Numbered from the stretch's first letter, positions 16,994-28,029 are shown. The stretch is 64,000 nucleotides of DNA from Pirellulales bacterium (GCA_040880125.1 JBBDJB010000029.1:12188-76187); one strand, 5' to 3'. Program-made: numbers and translations. Notes: a model not told the origin generated them from the letters alone.

Positions 16994-18457
16994 CTAATTT
17001 ATTGCATGCGTTGCTACTCGGTCGCCCATTTGACCGGAAACGACTTTCTCGAAAGCACCTAAGAACTGTTCTAGGCGGCGGCCCTCCTGGTGTACAACAA
17101 GCCGGCCCGAATTGATCGCTGCCTCAACGGACATCTCGCCCCGGGCGAGCTTCGCAAAGGTACGGGCGGAAAGATAGAAGCCACCAGCCGTACCCGACGG
17201 CAAGCCCCACTCGACGCCCGATAGTTCCCCCCCGGAGATGTGCAACTGCCACTGTCCCCCGCCGGGTCCGTTCACCTGCAGGGCGATCGCTTCGCCGGCC
17301 GAGCCTTCCTGCAACGACAGTCCATCAATATGGGCCGCCACATCGAACTCTACCGCCGGCGCTTCATGCCGCGGCGGCATGAAGTTCCGCTCTACCGGGT
17401 AGCGCGACACTCGCAGCAATACGTCGTACGTCATCTTCGGGCACGGCAGGTGCGGAAGCGCCGCCCGAGTGTTGGTCAGGTCGAACTTGGGATCGTCGCG
17501 CCAGTGCGAACGATAGATCGACATGTACTCGTAGAACAACGCTTCTAGCTTGGACAGTTCGGCCTCGGAGACCGAAGTGGCCAAGGGGCGGGGATAGTAG
17601 CGCTCGATCGCGTCGCGGATCACATGTTGAATCTCTGCGATCGGCACCGGATCTGGCGAGGCCAGATGATAGGTCTGGCCGTGATGCTGGGCGTGCGTCA
17701 CCAGTTCGACAATGGCCGCCGAAAGCCAATCGACGGGCACCAGATTCTTGCCTTCGTGCCCTTGCAGGCCGAGCTTGGCGAAGAATCGCTCGTTCATCTC
17801 CTTCACCGGCACGCGGCCCGCGATGGTATAGGCCAACTGAAGCGGAAGGTAGAACCCGTGGAAGTTGGTGACGTAGCCGCTGTGGGAGTCCCCCAGCACG
17901 CTGGCTGGACGGTAGAACGTACGCTGGTCGAGAAAGTCGGCCGCGCGGATCATCTTTTCGGCTTCGAGCTTGCTCTTTTCGTAGACGTTTCCTAGCGACT
18001 GGCCAACGTCGACGTCGGACTCGAGGATCTGGCCCTGGCGAAGCCCGCAAATGTAGGCCGTGGAGACATGATGATATTGGCGGATACCCGCCGTCTGGCA
18101 AAGCCGCAACAGGTTGCGCGTGCCGTCCACGTTCGTGCGAAACGGCTCACCCCGCTTGTCCTCGCGGAAGGTCATGCTTGCCGCACAGCTCAAGATGGTG
18201 CCGCAGTGCTTTGCCAACCAGCGGCGCTGCTCGGCATCGGGGACGACGTCGTCTAAGCACAAGTCGCCTTCGATGATGACGGGGCGAGGTAATGCCCGGC
18301 CGGCTTGCTGCTCCCAGTGACCCAAAATTCCGGCGAGCGTTGCGGGCCCTTTGCCGGGGCGAACCATCGCCGCGACCGGAACGTCGGCCGCCAGCAGATC
18401 ACGCAGCAGATAACGTCCCACGAGGCCCGTGGCGCCTGTCAGAAGGAGGTAGCTCAT
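16994..18457 (-). CDS. Thioester reductase (extended SDR, R/TD domain) with C-terminal SCP2-like domain
   Basis: LLTGATGLVG, NVDGTRN, HVSTAY, YEKSK, RPASVLG, LVPVDW. C-terminal LQVNGPGGGQWQLHI...TFAKLARGEMSVEAAINSGRLVV is SCP2-like. Start ATG 18457 with GGAG SD. Confidence 0.85.
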   Translation of the reverse strand: MSYLLLTGATGLVGRYLLRDLLAADVPVAAMVRPGKGPATLAGILGHWEQQAGRALPRPVIIEGDLCLDDVVPDAEQRRWLAKHCGTILSCAASMTFREDKRGEPFRTNVDGTRNLLRLCQTAGIRQYHHVSTAYICGLRQGQILESDVDVGQSLGNVYEKSKLEAEKMIRAADFLDQRTFYRPASVLGDSHSGYVTNFHGFYLPLQLAYTIAGRVPVKEMNERFFAKLGLQGHEGKNLVPVDWLSAAIVELVTHAQHHGQTYHLASPDPVPIAEIQHVIRDAIERYYPRPLATSVSEAELSKLEALFYEYMSIYRSHWRDDPKFDLTNTRAALPHLPCPKMTYDVLLRVSRYPVERNFMPPRHEAPAVEFDVAAHIDGLSLQEGSAGEAIALQVNGPGGGQWQLHISGGELSGVEWGLPSGTAGGFYLSARTFAKLARGEMSVEAAINSGRLVVHQEGRRLEQFLGAFEKVVSGQMGDRVATHAIN

Positions 18458-18538
18458 GCGGCAGTCTCTTCTCCGGGGGCACCGCTTCCAACCCAGGAAG
18501 CTGCCGCTCTTTGCGCGGGTCAAGTGGCGTGGGTATCG

Positions 18539-18567
18539 ATTCTACTGACGGCTTCGAATGCAGTCAA
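18539..18567 (-). promoter_or_regulatory. Internal sigma70-type promoter upstream of thioester reductase-PKS-PPTase-FabL
   Basis: Minus strand TTGACT (18567-18562) - N17 - TAGAAT (18544-18539). Confidence 0.7.
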
Positions 18568-18633
18568 CATGGGGCATATAAACAGATTGCGGCGATTGAG
18601 GAGATGCTGCCGAGCGCCGTGCTCCGGTGCCCT

Positions 18634-19482
18634 TCACAACCGGGCACGCACGTCAACGGGCATGAACTCACGCTTCTCATCGCGTGCCACGCGACTGACG
18701 CCGACGCGAGGATCATGATTCCACATAATCCACCAGCCTTCGTCGGCCGCCCGGCCCAGCCACTGGGGCTTCCGTTGCCGGGTCACGACCGGATAGGTGT
18801 CGTAGGACAGGTGCCACATGCGGCGCAGATGAATCGTTGATGGACAGATATCGCCCAGGTAGGCAGCCGTTTGGCCTCCGGATTCGAACACCATAGCCAT
18901 ATGGCCGCGGGTGTGGCCGCCGGTGACGTAGCCGGTCAGGCCGGGCACGAGCTGCTGGCCGTCTTCGACAACCATCATCAAACCGGCTTCGTACAGCGGC
19001 AGAATGTCTTGGAGTGGATAGGCAGTCTCCAATTCCGGCAATCGCCCGGTGGCATCCTCCCATTCAATCCGTCCGACCAGGTGCCGAGCGCGCGCGAAGA
19101 TCGGAACGGGGTGCCGGGCGGCATCGAATCGGGTGGCACCACACACGTGGTCGAAGTGCAAATGGCTGAAAACCAGCGTATCGACATCCTCGGGCACTAC
19201 GCCCAAGGCGGCGAGTCCTTCAACGAGCGGCTCGCCTTCCTCCATGTTGTAAAACCGCCGGTCGAGCGGGGCGAACTTGCCGCCGTATCCCGTGTCGATA
19301 AGCACCGTGTGCGTGCCGTCGCGGGCCAGAACGCAATTGTTAGCGCAAGGGATGCGGTTGTAGTCGTCCGGCGGCGCCACGTTCTTCCATACAGTTTTCG
19401 GCACGACGCCGAACATGACCCCGCCATCGAGCCAGAACTGGCCGCCGTTGATCGTGTCGAGCTGCCAGTTGCCGAGATTCAT
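18634..19482 (-). CDS. Metallo-beta-lactamase-fold hydrolase (YtnP-like)
   Basis: LDGGVMFGVVPK N-terminus, LIDTG, HLHFDH, GHTRGH, GD and terminal HDP metal ligands. Confidence 0.9.
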   Translation of the reverse strand: MNLGNWQLDTINGGQFWLDGGVMFGVVPKTVWKNVAPPDDYNRIPCANNCVLARDGTHTVLIDTGYGGKFAPLDRRFYNMEEGEPLVEGLAALGVVPEDVDTLVFSHLHFDHVCGATRFDAARHPVPIFARARHLVGRIEWEDATGRLPELETAYPLQDILPLYEAGLMMVVEDGQQLVPGLTGYVTGGHTRGHMAMVFESGGQTAAYLGDICPSTIHLRRMWHLSYDTYPVVTRQRKPQWLGRAADEGWWIMWNHDPRVGVSRVARDEKREFMPVDVRARL

Positions 19483-19580
19483 CAGGTTCTCAATAAACCG
19501 CGGGACGGTGAACGGCCAAGTGGAGGGCGGTGAAGTGCGTGGAAAGCTACGCCCGCCGTGGAAGGCGTTGGGTTAAGGCG

Positions 19581-21044
19581 TTACGGGAGCTTATCCCGGA
19601 GGATTTTTCCGGCAGGCGAGCGCGGTAAGGCGTCCAGTGGCAGGATCCGCTCCGGCCGCTTGTAATACACCAGGTGTCGTTCGCAATGGGAGCGGATCAA
19701 CTGCACGTCGACGCCCGACTCGACGACCACGGCGGCCTTGATGAACTGGCCTCCGCTCTTGCGGGCAGCGGCGTAGACCTTTACCTCCACAACTCCCGGA
19801 ACCGAGGCGATTACCTCTTCGACTTCCGAGGGGATCACCTTCAATCCCTCGACATTGATCACGTCCGCCTCACGCCCCAGCAGATGAATGTGGCCGCGCT
19901 GGTCGATGCGGGCCAGATCGCCGGTTTCGAACCAGCCGTCGGCGACGGGCGAGGTATCGATCCCATCGCTCGACAGGTAACCGGCCATCATCGACGACGA
20001 ACGGATGAACAGTCGTCCCGCACCCGGCTGGGCGTCCGAGTGTTCCGGGTGGGGCCGCACTTGAGCCTCGACACCATTCATCGGCGGACCGACGCAGCTT
20101 CCCGCAATCTGCGGCTCCTCGGCGGGAGCGACGGTGATGCCGCCGGTTTCGGTCGTTCCGTAGAGGGGACGAATCGTCGTGCCGGACTTGCCGTGAAACC
20201 GCTCGGCCGTCCGCTGCGAAAGAGGGGAACCGGCTGACAACACGGTTCGCACCGCGCCGCGTAAGCGGTCGCCCGCGCCGAACATCAGCACGTCCAACAT
20301 GGCCGGCACCGCGGGCAGGATCGTAATCTGTTCTTGCGCTAATCCCTGAAACACCCGGCCGGACTGGAAGCTGCGCATCGAGACCACCGAGGCGCCACTC
20401 AAAAGTGGAACCATCACGCACATGCCGTACGCGTAGGCGTGACACATGGGGGCCACTGCCATGATCGTATCGGCGCCGGTGACGCCAATCGTTTCGATAT
20501 AATGCCGCGCTTCCTCGGTAGCGGCAAAGCCGGGACGAACGGCTACCTTAGGCTGGCCCGTTGTTCCGGACGTGGGATGCAGCGGTACGCCGGGCAGCGA
20601 CGCGTAGTCGCCATTAAATCCGGGCGAGTCAGGCGAGAGCCGGGCCGCCGAAAGTTGCAACCAATCGGCCGCTGTGAACGTGGTGGCGGCGAGCGATTCG
20701 GTCTCAAAGTCGCCCGGCGGGAGTTCGTCGGCCAGCAGCAATTCGGCGCCGAACCGAAGCGCGGTGCGTTTCAACTCGGTGGGCGGAGTCTTGGAGTGAA
20801 CCAACAGCGGCGAGCCGCCACTAGCCAGGATCGATAGCAGCGTCGCTACGAATTGCGGGCCGTTGCCGACGGAGACGACCACCCGCTGGCCCGGCGCAAG
20901 TCCCCAGGATGCTAACTGTGCGGAGAGCGCTCGGCGTGCGGAGTGAAAGCCCCACGCGTCGACGACCAGATCCCGGTCCAGATCCACGAACTTGCCGCCG
21001 TATCCTTCGGCAGCGTCCAGGATAGGCAGCGGCGAGGTGTCCAT
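19581..21044 (-). CDS. Class I adenylate-forming enzyme (acyl-CoA/acyl-AMP ligase)
   Basis: TSGTTGQPK P-loop, YGTTETG, TGD, GR.AD.I and C-terminal PRSPAGKI. Confidence 0.9.
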   Translation of the reverse strand: MDTSPLPILDAAEGYGGKFVDLDRDLVVDAWGFHSARRALSAQLASWGLAPGQRVVVSVGNGPQFVATLLSILASGGSPLLVHSKTPPTELKRTALRFGAELLLADELPPGDFETESLAATTFTAADWLQLSAARLSPDSPGFNGDYASLPGVPLHPTSGTTGQPKVAVRPGFAATEEARHYIETIGVTGADTIMAVAPMCHAYAYGMCVMVPLLSGASVVSMRSFQSGRVFQGLAQEQITILPAVPAMLDVLMFGAGDRLRGAVRTVLSAGSPLSQRTAERFHGKSGTTIRPLYGTTETGGITVAPAEEPQIAGSCVGPPMNGVEAQVRPHPEHSDAQPGAGRLFIRSSSMMAGYLSSDGIDTSPVADGWFETGDLARIDQRGHIHLLGREADVINVEGLKVIPSEVEEVIASVPGVVEVKVYAAARKSGGQFIKAAVVVESGVDVQLIRSHCERHLVYYKRPERILPLDALPRSPAGKILRDKLP

Positions 21045-21046
21045 TC

Positions 21047-22402
21047 TCAGGCAAGTAGCACGGCTCGAGCCCCATCCTCGATCCGCTCCAGCACGACGGA
21101 GACGTCACCGTGCGAGTGTGCGGTCGAAAGGAATAGCGGCTCGAACTGGTTCGGGTGGAAATACACGCCCGACTGCTGAAGCTGATGTTGAAAGCGAATG
21201 TACTTGTCGAAATCGCAGTAGCGGCGTACGTCACGATAATTGGTGATCGGACCCGCGTCGCCATGGGTCAACAGCAGCGAGATCATCGGGCCGACGTGGT
21301 GTACTCGATGCGGAATGCGCAGTCGAGTGAAGATCTCCTCGACACCGTTGGCCAAGGCCGTCGACACGCTTTCCAAGTGGTGATAGATGGCCGGGCCATT
21401 GGCTTGCAACTCGTCCAGGACGGCATCGGCGGCGGCCATGACCAGGGAATTGCCCGAGTAGACGCCGCCGTGGAACAGGCGCCCCTCGACGATTGACTGC
21501 ATGACTTCCCGAGTGCTGCCCAGGGCGGAGATCGGGAAGCCACCACCTAGCGCTTTGCTGAGGATCGTGATGTCGGCCTCGACGCCGAACCGCTGTTGAG
21601 CGCCGCCCGGCGCCACTCGCATGCCGGTGATCACTTCGTCAAAAATTAACAGTGCGCCGTGCTCGTGAGTGAGCGCCCGCGCGACATCGAGATAGTCGGC
21701 ATTCGGCGGTACAACGCCGCCGTTGCCCATGACTGGTTCCATGATTACCGCGGCCACAACGCCGGCGTGGTCGGACAGGCACTGCTCGAGCGCTTCGGGC
21801 GAGTTCCAGCGGCAGACCAGCACGTCGTGCGGCGCGCCGTTCATCCCCAAGGTTCCCGGCATAGCGGGGCCGTACGGGCCTGCCGGCAAGTCCTCGAGCG
21901 GGGCATGGTAGCGATTGAAGATCGCGTCGCTCGACCCGTGGTAATGCCCCTCAAAGGCGACGATGTACCGCCGTTGGGTAAAGGTTCGGGCCAGTCGCAA
22001 CGCCGCGGCGATGGCTTCGCTGCCGGTGCTGGAAAACCGTAGCAGTTCGATGTTCGGGTAAAGCAGCTTGACTTTCTCGGCTACGCGAGCCGTCAATTCG
22101 GCCGGGAAGCCCAACTGGCTACCACTTTCGGTGAGTTGTCGCACTACCGCGTCGATCACCCCGGGCGGCCGATGGCCGAAGATCAGCGGTCCGTAGGCCA
22201 TGTTGAGGTCGATATACTCTTGTCCGTCGACATCCCAAATCGTGGAGCCCTGACCGCCGGTAGCCACCAGGGGCAGGTGATAAGGCAGGACGCGCATGGT
22301 GCTGTTATCGCCGCCTGCGATGCTTTGGCGAGCGCGTTCCAACTGCCGCTGGGAGTTACTGGAAGTCGCTTCGAACAACTTGCCGTTTGTTATTTGCATC
22401 AT
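21047..22402 (-). CDS. Class III PLP aminotransferase (GSA-aminomutase-like)
   Basis: YIDLNMAYGPLIFGH, STGSEA, FEGHYHG, MEPV, LIFDEVITG, SKALGGG. Confidence 0.9.
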   Translation of the reverse strand: MMQITNGKLFEATSSNSQRQLERARQSIAGGDNSTMRVLPYHLPLVATGGQGSTIWDVDGQEYIDLNMAYGPLIFGHRPPGVIDAVVRQLTESGSQLGFPAELTARVAEKVKLLYPNIELLRFSSTGSEAIAAALRLARTFTQRRYIVAFEGHYHGSSDAIFNRYHAPLEDLPAGPYGPAMPGTLGMNGAPHDVLVCRWNSPEALEQCLSDHAGVVAAVIMEPVMGNGGVVPPNADYLDVARALTHEHGALLIFDEVITGMRVAPGGAQQRFGVEADITILSKALGGGFPISALGSTREVMQSIVEGRLFHGGVYSGNSLVMAAADAVLDELQANGPAIYHHLESVSTALANGVEEIFTRLRIPHRVHHVGPMISLLLTHGDAGPITNYRDVRRYCDFDKYIRFQHQLQQSGVYFHPNQFEPLFLSTAHSHGDVSVVLERIEDGARAVLLA

Positions 22403-22500
22403 GTCCGGACTGCTCGAGATCCTAAAAAGGCCGCCGAATGCAAAGCTACAAACCCCGCTTTAGACGCACTAGTCATCGCATGATTCCCAGATTACCACGC

Positions 22501-22528
22501 ATTATCGCGCATGAATGTGTGGTGTCAA
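22501..22528 (-). promoter_or_regulatory. Candidate sigma70 promoter at the head of the aminotransferase-ligase-hydrolase unit
   Basis: Minus strand TTGACA (22528-22523) - N16 - GATAAT (22506-22501), about 100 nt upstream of the aminotransferase start. Confidence 0.5.
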
Positions 22529-22689
22529 GCGGCACGGACTGGGGTGAAAAGGAAAAAAGGGCGGGCTTTTTTGGTAGTTCCGATAACCGACGCCCGCGGT
22601 GTTTGCCGAGGTCGCGGGCACGCGGTTCGGGTGATGGTCGGCGTCGACTCGCGCTTCTCCCAATGATGATCACGCGACGGCCTGTGCCA

Positions 22690-25196
22690 TCACTCGTAGG
22701 CGATCGCTGCGAGCAGATCGAGCCGTGCGGCGCGGCGCCCCGGCCGCCATGCTGCCACCACCGCGATTACCAAGCAGCCCCCGGCATTGGCAGCCAGCAA
22801 CCACGGGTGAAGCTCGAATGGGATCGAGCGGCCGAGCACCGGCTCGTTGCAGACATGGATCACTGCCGCCGTCGTGATTCCTCCCAAAGTCCCCATAAGT
22901 GCCCCGAACAGCCCCAGCAGCAGCGACTCGCAGAAGACTAACTTCCGCACCTGCGCCTGGGTCATGCCAATGATTCGCAGGAGTCCCAGTTCCCGGGTTT
23001 GCTCCAGCACGTTCATTACCAGCGTATTACTGACTGCCGCGCCGCCGATCAGAAAACCGACGGCCAACAGGCTCCACAGTGCCGCCACTACACTATTGAT
23101 CAGGCCGTCGAGCTGGCGACGCATGTCGGCAAACGACTGCACGAGGATATTTTCCTCGGCCAACAACTCTTCCAGTTCCGCCACGAGCTTCCCAGCGGGG
23201 ACGCCAGGGGCCGCCTCGACGATATAGAACTCGGCTGGGCCCAGGGCGACGATCTCTTCGGCCACCACCCTATCGAGGTACGCCACCTGACCGCCGAGCA
23301 AGTAGTCGTTGACGATCTGGGCGACGCGCGGCGAACTCGTCCGTCCCTGAAACTCGAGCCGCACGGCGTCACCCACTGAGAGGTCGAGCCTGCGGGCGAG
23401 CATGTTGCTGATCACAACTTCGCCCTCCGCCATTCGACTTCGCAGCGATTCATCCTCCGCCGGGGATAGTTCCCACGGCAGCGCCAACTCCGGCGGAAAA
23501 TCGCGAACAACGCAAATAGCAGGCATCCCGTTCGCCCGACCGGAAAGCAGGCGCATTTCCACGACGTGGCGGACATCCGGCAGAGCGGCCACCTCGGCGG
23601 TGATATCCCGGCGATCCTGCGACGCAGCGGTATCGTCGCGAGCCGCGGGGTCCGTGAGAAACACATCGCCTGAGAGGGAGCGTCGGTGCCAGTCGCGGAC
23701 GTCGTTCACGTTGTTGACGATGGCGGTACCCAATCCCAGGCCTGCGCTGAGCGCGACGACGAGTACGCCGACGGTCAGCCCGGTGCGTGTGGAGCGTGCC
23801 AGCAATTGCTCCGAGGCCAGGCGTCCTTCGGTTTTGAGCAGCGGCGAAAGCAACCAGCGGATCGCCCGCAGCACCGGCCGGCCCGCGGCCGGGATGACTG
23901 CAATAAAGGCTACCAGCATCAGCAATCCTGCCGGGATCGCCCACTGCGGCGCAAGCCGCTCGACAGCAACTAGCGCGACAAGCAACACGGACAGGCACCA
24001 GGCGGCGACCCCCGCGGCTGTTGCCCAGAGCGGAAAATGTTCGGAACGGCGAAGCTCAAGGTCGCCCAGGGCCTCGACCGGCGGTACATTCCGCGATTGA
24101 ATCGCCGGCACGAGGGCGGCCAGCAGAGCGACCGCCGGCCCCAACGCCATTGCCCCGGCAAACTCCGAAGTCGAGATCTGCCCAGCCGGGATATCAACCT
24201 CGAGCAGCGCTCCCATCGCACCTGCGAGAGCCCGCCCCAGCCACCATCCCACGGGAGCCCCCAGCGCCGCACCGGCAAATCCCAGGCCGGCGCCCTCGAC
24301 CAAGTGCAATCCGAGAACCTGCCGACGAGTGGCCCCCAGCACGCGCAGTACGGCCAGGTCGTGTCGCCGCTCGCTGAAGTTGAGCCGAACGGTGTTGAGG
24401 ATGATAAACGCTGCCATCGCCATCGACAGCGCACCGGCCAGGCGCAGAGCCAGTTCCGTCGATTGCAGTGTCGTGTCGATCGTCTCCAGCGGATCCGCCG
24501 GCTTTTGCACGACTAATTCGTCCGGCAACTGAGCGGCTACGTCGGCCAACACGCCATCACGATACTCGCGAGAGGCGACCACTATGCGCAGGCGATCGAC
24601 CCGGCCACTGAGCTGAAAATATTCCTGTACGGCCGACAACGGCATCACGACACCCGCGGCCGGAGCGAACTGCGCCAACGCCGAGGGGTCGGCCAACCCG
24701 ACAACAGTCATCGATTTCGGCCCCCGACGAGTGATGACTGTCAAGCGATCGTTCACCGCCGCCTTCATGCCCTCGGCGACATCAGCAGAGAGCACGACGT
24801 CATCCGGGGCCGAGGGAGCACGCCCCTCGACCAGGTCAAGCGCCGCGGCCACCTTCTCGTCGCCGGACGGCAGCCCCAACAGCACAGTGCGAAAACGCTG
24901 GCCGTGCACGCGTGCGAGTGCCGCGCGTGTGGCAAGGGGGAACACCCCCTCGACGCCCGGCAATTCGGACACGTCAGGTACGTCGGCCAAAGCGAACCGG
25001 TCGCCGGAAACTGCGACGATTTCCAGCGAGGGATGTTTGTCGACTTGTTTCGACAACCTCGCCACGCCCTGACGCACGCTCGACTGCGCAAACCCGGTAC
25101 CGAGCACGGCCGCTACGGCGGTGGCTACGCTGACGATAGACAAAATGGCTCGCCCGGGCCGCTGGCGCCAGGAGCGCGCAATCACGTGCAAGAAGC

Positions 25197-25200
<4 letters not shown>
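22690..25200 (-). CDS. ABC transporter permease, duplicated FtsX/MacB-like
   Basis: Two repeats of TM + periplasmic domain + 3 TM, with ERRHDLAVLRVLGA and EQTRELGLLRIIGM motifs. Confidence 0.9.
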
Positions 25201-25922
<722 letters not shown>

Positions 25923-26150
25923 CAAAGGCTTCCGAGAGTGCCGTGTGCGACGTATGGCGGGGGGCGATCACACGCAAATCCCGACGGTTGCCTGCCACGC
26001 GGCAGCCCGTGGAGGATCAGGTCTCGCGGGGCGCGCAAGTTACCGCAGATTTCCTAAATTGCCAATCATACATTAAAATCCTGGCTTGGCGATGGGCCGG
26101 TCATGTGACCAACGCCCCCGATTCCATTCCCGTTTGCCCCCGCGCTGAGC

Positions 26151-28016
26151 TTGATTGTGACGATTCGCTGTACGCTTTTTATCATCGGGCTATCCCTGAC
26201 TGCTATTCCAGTCCGCGCTCAATCGGTATCGAGTGTCGCCCAGCATGCACCGGCAGACACGTATCTCGCGATTGCTAGCGGCGACGTGGCCGCGACCTGC
26301 CAGGAGTTTCAAGGCACGAGCATCGGCCAGATGCTTGCCGGGGCTGACTTTGTTCCGCTGATCGATGAGTTGCGGCGCCGCGAATCGGCCGGCCCGTTGC
26401 ATCTGCGTCCGGCCTTTGGCTTCGACTGGGACGAATTGCAACAACTTCATGCTGCCGGCGGGCTGTTCATCTTTCCAATGCCTGGCGACAAGCAGGGGGC
26501 CGCCTGGATTTTTGGCGGCACTCCGTCGACGGAGGCTTCCAACCCCTGGGCATCCGCTGGGCAATATTTTCAATCGAAGGGCTTCTCACGTTCGAGCGAG
26601 CGCCGCGGCGCTGCAACACTGACGGTGTTCCGGCCGCCCCAAGACAGTTCTTACGACGAAGTGCCTGCGCAGTTTCTCGGCGATGGATTCTATGGTCTGG
26701 CAAATTCGCCAACAGCGGCTGCAGCCGTATTGGATGTTCGGCGCAAATCGTCGCTGGCAACAACGGCAGCATGGCAACAAACTGTCTCCGAAGGCAACGC
26801 TAACGCGCCTGGAGACGGCGACGTTGCATTTGTGATACGGCCCATGGAGTTGTGGCAACTGCTGAGGCGCGCCGAGGAAGAACGGCAGGCTTCCGGCGCT
26901 GAGCCGTCCGCTCGCGAGTTGGATGTGGATGAGCCGAGTCGCGATCCGCTGGCATCGAGCCGGCGGTTGGGCTTCGGCGGAGTTACCTCTCTGGCCGGAC
27001 GTGCAAGCTTTCCGGCCGAAGCGGAACTCGACTGGGGGATTCATCTTCGCGTCACCGTCGAGCAACCGCTGCCCAATGCGCTGAGGTTGCTGCAGTTCGA
27101 GTCGGGGCCGATGCCACCGCTGCCGGAGTGGATTGGCGCCGACGTGACCAGTATGAGCTTTTGGCGATGGGACTTTCCCACGGCAATGAAGGGGTACGGC
27201 AATCTGTTCGACGAAGCCAACGAGCCCGGTCCGGACGGCTTAGGGCTGTTCGAGGACATGCTCGACGGCCTGCGCGACGACCCTGAAGGCGTGCAGGTCG
27301 ACCTCCGCCGCGACGTCTTCGCGCAACTCGGCCCCACCATCTTGAACATCACGGATCGAAAGGGGGTACGCACTGAGCGGCAGCCGAACGGAGACCGCAC
27401 GCTTTATGTCGTTGAAGTCCGCGACATCGAAAAGCTTTCCCAAGCATTGAGCGACTTCTACCGGGGGGACAATCGGGTCACCAGCACGCAGCAAGGTGCG
27501 TACCGGGTGTGGGACGTGCCCGAGGGCGCGTCGCTGTTTGTCGAGGGTGAAAGCGACTCGGTTGTAAGCGTGCGGGTTTTGGCATTGGGAGAAAACCGCA
27601 TGCTATTTGGCACGGACGTCGACTTGCTGCAAACCGCTTTGACGGGCCGTTCGGACGGCGATCGGCTAAACGACGACGCCACCTGGTCGCGGCTGTGGCA
27701 TTCACTGCGGGCGCGGCATGGGGACATTGCCGCCATGTGGGCGCTGGCTCGACTCGGCCAAGTGCTTGAGCCGTCGTACATCGGCGCCACATCGCAGCAG
27801 GCGAGCGACGACGAGCAGCCGCCTACTCTCACCGGCACGCTGTGGCGCATTGTGCTGTTCGGAACGGCGGACGAAGAGGCCGAAGTGCCCCTGGCAGCCG
27901 CCCCCAACTATGCCCGTGTGCGCACCTCGTTGCCTCGGGCAGGTATGGTTATCAAGCCTACCGACGGGGGCTGGACAGTTGACGTAGACGCTCAGCGCGA
28001 AGACACCGCACCTTGA
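26151..28016 (+). CDS. Secreted hypothetical protein
   Basis: 621-aa ORF with signal-peptide-like N-terminus (LFIIGLSLTAIPVRA|Q) and globular composition; no catalytic motif recognised. Confidence 0.75.
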   Translation: MIVTIRCTLFIIGLSLTAIPVRAQSVSSVAQHAPADTYLAIASGDVAATCQEFQGTSIGQMLAGADFVPLIDELRRRESAGPLHLRPAFGFDWDELQQLHAAGGLFIFPMPGDKQGAAWIFGGTPSTEASNPWASAGQYFQSKGFSRSSERRGAATLTVFRPPQDSSYDEVPAQFLGDGFYGLANSPTAAAAVLDVRRKSSLATTAAWQQTVSEGNANAPGDGDVAFVIRPMELWQLLRRAEEERQASGAEPSARELDVDEPSRDPLASSRRLGFGGVTSLAGRASFPAEAELDWGIHLRVTVEQPLPNALRLLQFESGPMPPLPEWIGADVTSMSFWRWDFPTAMKGYGNLFDEANEPGPDGLGLFEDMLDGLRDDPEGVQVDLRRDVFAQLGPTILNITDRKGVRTERQPNGDRTLYVVEVRDIEKLSQALSDFYRGDNRVTSTQQGAYRVWDVPEGASLFVEGESDSVVSVRVLALGENRMLFGTDVDLLQTALTGRSDGDRLNDDATWSRLWHSLRARHGDIAAMWALARLGQVLEPSYIGATSQQASDDEQPPTLTGTLWRIVLFGTADEEAEVPLAAAPNYARVRTSLPRAGMVIKPTDGGWTVDVDAQREDTAP

Positions 28017-28029
28017 CGACAGGTAGACG

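Noticed and set aside
21047-22402. Calling the aminotransferase hemL
   Set aside because: Fold-level similarity only; it sits in a PKS cluster and orthology cannot be shown without a phylogeny.
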